Source of the DNA: a virus
Virus record (IMG/VR): IMGVR_UViG_2225789004_000001
Span: 1 to 39,414 of that record
Strand: one strand, 5' to 3'
Length of the DNA stretch: 39,414 nt
The notes below the pieces were generated by a model. The model searched no databases, had not been told where the DNA came from, and worked only from the letters and a program-made list of their open reading frames with translations. Below, one piece after another: positions 34,524-39,414 of the stretch (position 1 is the stretch's first letter; each line of letters starts with the position of its first letter). The position numbers and the translations under genes were made by a program.

Positions 34524-36304
34524 CAGTCAGATAATGTTTTCTGAAACGCAGAAGTCTCAATTTCTTTAATTTGGTCTCGGCACATTCGAGCATAATATTC
34601 AAAATCCAACCACTCTGGACATTTTTTACCCAGAATTTCACCATTCAAGATAATTCCTTTGGAAGTCACATTCGGTATCCCGTCACCTTTTTCATCCTTT
34701 TTCCACTTCACATGAACCGCCATTTCCGGTTTCGTTATCGGGAACCACCTTATAACCTTATATGGCAAATCCTTGCCAAATTCGTCTATAAAGCCCTCAT
34801 GCTCGCCAACCGACACAATCCTCTGGAACAGTTGTAAATTCCCTTTATTGGCGGAAATTGACTCGTTTACAAGGATTCCATGAACGAAATAATCCTGCAA
34901 AACAATCGGTATTATTCCGAGGTCACATTTGAGTGAAGATGGAAGTTTGAAAGCACCGATTGCTTTGACATTGTTTTCCTCTTCATCCGTTACCCAGATG
35001 TAAGAATTGACATCTCTTTGGAAACAGCCGATGAGATTTTTAAATTCTAATTCAAATCCGGTTCTTTTTTGCCATTCTTCGCAGATTTCCATACATTTTT
35101 TGGTGCAATCGGCGTTTAATGGGTGAATACACAAACCATCGGTGTTGGAGTTTATTGGTTTGCAATACGGTTCGAGTTTTTCGAGTAAATCCAAGAGAAA
35201 TAATTGACCGAAGGCACAAATGTTTCTACCCATGCGAGGGTCGTATGATTTTGAAAATTCATAAATCGTTGTTCCAAAGAAAGTGTTTAAAAGAACTTTT
35301 AAAGCGTTTGCAACAGGGTCTTTTTTGGCTTTTAATTCCAATCGTTCCCAATATGCTTCTACATATCTGTCGATGTTTTCAACAGCACGAGACATCAAGT
35401 GATAGAGGATGATGATTGTCGGATAATAACTTTTGACATCAAGAACCAACATCTTTTCTTCGCCGCTGTCCGGCGACCAACGCCAACAGACCATCAAATC
35501 CGTTGAGTGCATACCGCCCCACGCAACTGTATGATTCACACCACCGATTTTGAAATTATTTTGTCGATATGGTTTGCCTTTTTCATTTAAAACAGATGAT
35601 TCAGGACTTAAAAACCAATCAACCACATGATGGTATTTTTCAATTCTTAAATTTTCAGGAATTTCGATTTCAAACTCATCATCTGTCGGAATCCTTCTTT
35701 TGGCATCGACAATTTCGGCAACGAGTTGTGCTTTTGTTAATTTGAAATGAGAAATCGGTAAATCGAATTTGTTAATTAAAAGAGCATGATTTTTGAACTC
35801 TTCAATCCGTTCATAGAAAACAGTTTCGAGAGCATTAACATCCGCCCAACAATATTCTTCCACTTCTGCCAATTCTTCTTCGGTAAGAGGACGGTCAATG
35901 TCGAAAGGAACTGATGTTTCAATAATTGACAAACCCATGTGTGCTTCGAGTTTCTTTAAACCGATTTGTTCAGTCATCACATCGAAGAAAACGAATTTTG
36001 GAACGGATTTGTTTTTCAACACTTCCCATCCACGTTTTTTGTATTTGATGATTTGGTCGTTTACGAATTTTGGTTCAACTCCGGCACAAATGGCTTGGAT
36101 AATATACTGGTCGTAATGTCGAATATTATAACCGACCGTGATGTCGTCTTTATGTTTAACCACAAATTCAATTAATGCTCTGCGGTCGTTGTGGAAACTG
36201 ATTTGTTCACCGTTTTTAAATTTGTAACACACCAACCAGTCATAAGCATAAACTTCGGTATCGCAAAAGATAACATCTCTCAAAAAATCACCCATTTCGT
36301 CCAA
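34520..36304 (-). CDS. Family B DNA polymerase
   Basis: Exo I FCDTEVY, Exo II YNIRHYDQ, Exo III YCWADVNAL. Polymerase motif A LDVKSYYPT, motif B KVLLNTFFG, motif C NSNTDGL. Confidence 0.85.
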   Translation of the reverse strand: MDEMGDFLRDVIFCDTEVYAYDWLVCYKFKNGEQISFHNDRRALIEFVVKHKDDITVGYNIRHYDQYIIQAICAGVEPKFVNDQIIKYKKRGWEVLKNKSVPKFVFFDVMTEQIGLKKLEAHMGLSIIETSVPFDIDRPLTEEELAEVEEYCWADVNALETVFYERIEEFKNHALLINKFDLPISHFKLTKAQLVAEIVDAKRRIPTDDEFEIEIPENLRIEKYHHVVDWFLSPESSVLNEKGKPYRQNNFKIGGVNHTVAWGGMHSTDLMVCWRWSPDSGEEKMLVLDVKSYYPTIIILYHLMSRAVENIDRYVEAYWERLELKAKKDPVANALKVLLNTFFGTTIYEFSKSYDPRMGRNICAFGQLFLLDLLEKLEPYCKPINSNTDGLCIHPLNADCTKKCMEICEEWQKRTGFELEFKNLIGCFQRDVNSYIWVTDEEENNVKAIGAFKLPSSLKCDLGIIPIVLQDYFVHGILVNESISANKGNLQLFQRIVSVGEHEGFIDEFGKDLPYKVIRWFPITKPEMAVHVKWKKDEKGDGIPNVTSKGIILNGEILGKKCPEWLDFEYYARMCRDQIKEIETSAFQKTLSDW

Positions 36305-36494
36305 AAGAAAGTCTGGTTAATCCGAGAATTTTCAAATCATTTTCTTGGTTTTTCTTATTCGCATTGAAACGAAGGATTCGTCTTTCTGCTTTGTCACGGA
36401 AAACCCTTCTTTTTCCGATATTGGTATCAATTCTGTATTTTAATAACGCTTTTTTACACAATCCGCTTTCTTGGTTCAAAAATAACAACTCCAA
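36288..36494 (-). CDS. Small basic protein
   Basis: ORF track. Overlaps the polB start by 17 nt. Weak support. Confidence 0.35.
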   Translation of the reverse strand: MELLFLNQESGLCKKALLKYRIDTNIGKRRVFRDKAERRILRFNANKKNQENDLKILGLTRLSFGRNG

Positions 36495-36540
36495 AATTAA
36501 AAAAAAAAATTAAAATCTGGTTTGATTGAAATCAAGCCAG
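36495..36540 (-). terminator. Intrinsic terminator
   Basis: On the minus strand: CTGGCTTGAT..ATCAAACCAG followed by a long T-run (plus-strand A-run 36495..36516). Confidence 0.6.
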
Positions 36541-37059
36541 ATAACCGTTCACAACTTCCACGTTGATGTTTTTTTCGCCGGAAGGTGTAACTTTGATTTC
36601 GTAAAGAGCCGGAGTTTCGCTTGCGATACCGTATTTCTTCACGATTGCTTCATGTTGCATTGGCAGGTCAGATGCTTTGTTGAATTTGAATCCTTTTTCG
36701 AGGACAAATGCACCTCTGTCGTCTGCTTTCCAAAAAGATGGAATAAGTTTGTTGAGATTTCTCATGAGAATGGAAATCGCTGTAACATTGCCGTCTTTGG
36801 AGTTTTCAACGCTGATATTTTCAAATGAAATCACATTTCTGCCGTGCCATTTTTCAGGATTGTCTGGCGAATCCGTAATTGTGAAATATTTTTTCAGATA
36901 ATTGCGGTTGTTGGCATCCACTTCGAAAGTGACTTTGTTCAGATAAGCAATGTAAGTTCCGGCAGGCGGATTCTCAATTGCGGCATAATTTTTGTCTGAA
37001 TTGGCTTTTTCTTGGATTTCGGCGATGTTCAATTGTTGGTCTAAATCTTCTAAACTCAT
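36532..37059 (-). CDS. Hypothetical protein, possibly ssDNA-binding (DUF669-like)
   Basis: ORF track. Position next to the Erf gene. The family assignment is a weak resemblance only. Confidence 0.35.
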   Translation of the reverse strand: MSLEDLDQQLNIAEIQEKANSDKNYAAIENPPAGTYIAYLNKVTFEVDANNRNYLKKYFTITDSPDNPEKWHGRNVISFENISVENSKDGNVTAISILMRNLNKLIPSFWKADDRGAFVLEKGFKFNKASDLPMQHEAIVKKYGIASETPALYEIKVTPSGEKNINVEVVNGYLA

Positions 37060-37625
37060 TTTTTAACTCCTTTCTTTGTTGGCTCAATGCCGAGATAGTT
37101 CTTTTGTGTCTGTTGGATTTCGAAAGTTAAGTTTTCGATTTCCTTTTCATGTCTTTCATTTTCCTTGTTTAAATCAAGGATGAAGTCAGCGATTTCGTTG
37201 TCTTTTTCTTCTTGATAACCTGCGATTCTGGCTTCAATGTTTTCGACTCTGCGTTTCGCATCTGCTTTGACATTTTCGATTTCCTTCTTGGAATCTTCGG
37301 CATATCGTTTGTATTTCGAATCTTGCCTTTCTGTTTCTTTGGCAACTTTGAAATCGAAATCGTCAATGGCTTTCTGAATTGTCAAAATGTCATCTTCGTC
37401 ATGCTTAATTAATGTCTTTGCGGCTTCAACTTCTGTTTCAAAAAGCCGGCAGGGTGCAATCAAGTCCGAAGAATAGTGACAATAATCCGAGTGCATATAC
37501 ACGAAATAACTTCCGTCTTTGGTTCTCTTTTCAAATGTCACAGGAACAATCTTGTGGTCTTTAATGGTGAATAATCCGTCACCTTTTTCAAGATGAACGA
37601 ATCTTTCGCCGGATATTGCTGTCAT
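37056..37625 (-). CDS. Coiled-coil protein
   Basis: ORF track. Charged heptad-like C-terminal half. GGAGTGATAAAAAT SD. Confidence 0.6.
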   Translation of the reverse strand: MTAISGERFVHLEKGDGLFTIKDHKIVPVTFEKRTKDGSYFVYMHSDYCHYSSDLIAPCRLFETEVEAAKTLIKHDEDDILTIQKAIDDFDFKVAKETERQDSKYKRYAEDSKKEIENVKADAKRRVENIEARIAGYQEEKDNEIADFILDLNKENERHEKEIENLTFEIQQTQKNYLGIEPTKKGVKK

Positions 37626-37647
37626 ATTTTTATCACTCCATAGAGAT

Positions 37648-38343
37648 TTAAGGTAAATTTTTCATCAATTCATCGACTTCTTTTGATGCCGCATCCAGTT
37701 GAGCATCCGTCATCTTTGATGTTTGAGATACGGTTCGTTTTTCTTCCGGCTTTTCTTCTTTCGGTTTTGTCGCAGGTGCGGTTGCCGTTACCGAAGTTTC
37801 TTTGGAAACAGGTTTAGAAGCGTGAGGTTGTGATATGTCCGGTGCTGAATTAAGCGGCGTGGCTTCCGGCGGCGTTTGTGTCAAATTTGAAGCAAACGCC
37901 CCGTCATCGTCAGGTTCGCCGCAAGTGATTCCGAGCAGTCCGGTGATAAGGAAGCGCTTTGAATAAGTTTTTGAAGCACCATAACCTTGTGCGTTGTTGT
38001 CTTTGTTCAATGGTAAAGTTCCGGCGGAACCCATCCACTGACCAGAAATGTGGGAAATCTGACATCCGAAATCAACGAAAATTTGAGTAATTTCTTTATT
38101 CTTTTCGTCACGGTAATGTTCAATTTTGTATCCCGGAAATGAAGGGAAGGAAGCAATCATTCCATGCTTCGCCAACTTCGGTCTGATTTCATCCATAATT
38201 GTGTCGAAATCTGCGTATTTGTTTTTATGGTATCCAGTTGCAGTAAAACAGATTCTGGTATTCTCTTTTTGAAATTCGACCATCGCCGTAACGAGTTTGT
38301 CGATTTCCGGACTCATAAACATTTGAAAATGGTCGGTTTGCAT
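37648..38343 (-). CDS. erf: ERF-family single-strand annealing protein
   Basis: KYADFDTIMDEIRPKLAKHGM ... HISGQW ... QGYGASKTYSKRFLITGLLGITCGEPDDDG. Confidence 0.75.
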   Translation of the reverse strand: MQTDHFQMFMSPEIDKLVTAMVEFQKENTRICFTATGYHKNKYADFDTIMDEIRPKLAKHGMIASFPSFPGYKIEHYRDEKNKEITQIFVDFGCQISHISGQWMGSAGTLPLNKDNNAQGYGASKTYSKRFLITGLLGITCGEPDDDGAFASNLTQTPPEATPLNSAPDISQPHASKPVSKETSVTATAPATKPKEEKPEEKRTVSQTSKMTDAQLDAASKEVDELMKNLP

Positions 38344-38390
38344 ATTTTCACTCCAAAAAAATTAAAAAATTTAGAAGATTGTTCCATCTC

Positions 38391-38393
38391 CTA
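38391..38393 (-). other. TAG at the ORF end (ambiguous: stop or sense)
   Basis: ...NLTLI-TAG-EMEQSSKFFNFFGVKICKPTIFKCL-TGA. The extension has no independent support. Confidence 0.3.
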
Positions 38394-38615
38394 AATGAGC
38401 GTTAAATTCTTTTCTGCACATCTTTTCGTATTTTTTTGTTCTTTTTTGAACAATTCTTTATTTTCTATTCTGGCTTTTTCAATTGCCGCTTCCAATTCTT
38501 CTTCGTCTTTTAAATAAATGATTTCTTTACCCGCTTCAACAATCATAAAAATACAATTGTTTCTTTTTTGGAAAAATTGATTTCCAACTCTTGTATCTGA
38601 ATTAGCCCATGTCAT
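38391..38615 (-). CDS. Hypothetical protein ending in TAG
   Basis: ORF track. If TAG is read through, the frame continues 25 codons to TGA at 38313..38315 and overlaps the erf start. Confidence 0.55.
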   Translation of the reverse strand: MTWANSDTRVGNQFFQKRNNCIFMIVEAGKEIIYLKDEEELEAAIEKARIENKELFKKEQKNTKRCAEKNLTLI

Positions 38616-38619
38616 TTTA

Positions 38620-38691
38620 TCACTCCAAATTAGGATTTAATCCTACAATATAGTAAAGTATCTATAAGTATATATAGGTTTTGGTTAAACC
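38620..38691 (-). promoter_or_regulatory. Conserved promoter module
   Basis: TATATATA 38669..38676. Hairpin TAGGATT-T-AATCCTA 38631..38645 has compensatory changes relative to TAGGTAA-A-TTACCTA. SD rc at 38620..38626. Confidence 0.65.
38642..38691. repeat. 50-bp perfect repeat, copy B (identical to 1605..1654)
   Basis: Identical string read at both loci. Confidence 0.85.
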
Positions 38692-39074
38692 CACCGACAA
38701 TTATTCGGAATATAATCGCCATCAGTATCGACACGAATTAATTTCTTGTTTGGTGCGTATCCGTTGTTTATCGACCATGCTTTAAAATTGGCATAATTTT
38801 GCCAAGAATGGTGAATTGTGATATTTGGCTTTCCGTTGTGTTTCATTCTTCCGCCGTAGAGGTGAAACCATGCGTTATGTGGATTGTGACAACGATTCTT
38901 CATCCCACTCCAAATGTTGTGAAGATGAGAATGTGAATCACCATGAGATTTCAAATCTGTGCGATAACATTTCCGACAGAGATTTGTTTTCATGTTTTTC
39001 AAGTTGTCATTTCGAACCTGACGAACTTCGCCGCATTTTTCACATTTTACGGCTGTTGTATTTCCTTTTTTCAT
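38685..39074 (-). CDS. HNH_3-like paralog with Zn ribbon (divergent)
   Basis: CEKCGEVRQV...CRKCY, HNIWSGMKNRCHNPHN, YGGR, DTDGDYIPNNCRWV. Same architecture as 1656..2093, but the core region differs. Confidence 0.6.
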   Translation of the reverse strand: MKKGNTTAVKCEKCGEVRQVRNDNLKNMKTNLCRKCYRTDLKSHGDSHSHLHNIWSGMKNRCHNPHNAWFHLYGGRMKHNGKPNITIHHSWQNYANFKAWSINNGYAPNKKLIRVDTDGDYIPNNCRWV

Positions 39075-39095
39075 TTCTCTTACTCCTTAAATTCC

Positions 39096-39302
39096 TCATT
39101 TTGTAATTTCAAAATACACTCGCGTTCCGTCATTCATCATGACGGAACCGCTCGGCTTATTTCGATTTTGTAAATATTTTTTCCCATAGAGCTTTTTTCC
39201 GCAATCGGGGCAGTGTTTGATATCATATTCGTTAATTAATTCCGAATTGAATGTGTATCCGCATTTTGAGCATTTCCCAAAATCACCATCATCAACAAAC
39301 AT
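39096..39302 (-). CDS. Zn-ribbon protein
   Basis: CSKCG...CPDCG. SD GAGGGATTAAA upstream. Confidence 0.65.
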   Translation of the reverse strand: MFVDDGDFGKCSKCGYTFNSELINEYDIKHCPDCGKKLYGKKYLQNRNKPSGSVMMNDGTRVYFEITK

Positions 39303-39316
39303 TTTAATCCCTCAAT

Positions 39317-39414
39317 TTATAACCAAAAGGCTTGTTTGCAATCCGAACAATGATATTCTTCAAATATTCGGTTTTTAATCGTTTCATCACTGCTGCTCAT
39401 ATTGACATTTCTAA
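39317..39414 (-). CDS. C-terminal part of the junction-spanning Zn-ribbon ORF (see 1..91)
   Basis: ...ETIKNRIFEEYHCSDCKQAFWL then TAA at 39317..39319. The last 33 nt duplicate 1..33. Confidence 0.5.
   Translation of the reverse strand, partial: RNVNMSSSDETIKNRIFEEYHCSDCKQAFWL
39382..39414. repeat. Terminal overlap, right copy (identical to 1..33)
   Basis: Same 33-mer as 1..33. Confidence 0.9.

Overview
The window looks like a complete, circularly closed, AT-rich tailed-phage (siphovirus-like) genome. Bases 1..33 are identical to 39382..39414, and a small Zn-ribbon ORF is intact only when that overlap is collapsed, leaving 39381 unique bp.

Layout:
- An 881-bp non-coding control region (6907..7787) fires two divergent arms.
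- The leftward arm (6906 down through the junction to about 34293) carries replication and recombination genes: Prim-Pol/D5-type primase-helicase, family-B DNA polymerase, Erf annealase, two HNH_3-like paralogs and many small Zn-ribbon proteins.
- The rightward arm (7788..34163) carries small early genes, then terS, a 4-gene insert, terL, portal, head, tail, tape measure and fibres.

Main anomalies:
1. TAG never behaves as a convincing terminator. Six ORFs end in TAG. In five the frame stays open and biologically continuous beyond it (primase-helicase, TerL, tail chaperone, fibre, one small ORF). I could not find a suppressor tRNA by eye.
2. A DpdA-like transglycosylase, a ParB/DpdB-like protein, a YhhQ-type transporter and an unexplained SDR oxidoreductase sit between terS and terL. 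No preQ0 biosynthesis genes are present.
3. Seven copies of a promoter module (TATATATA-N13-TACTATATTGTAG, then a covarying hairpin, then GGAGTGAT) have archaeal-like BRE/TATA/INR geometry.
4. The control region holds TTTACAAT iterons and a GC-rich 187-bp element closed by a perfect 13-bp inverted repeat.

The host is unresolved: there are Firmicutes-like and archaeal-like signals.
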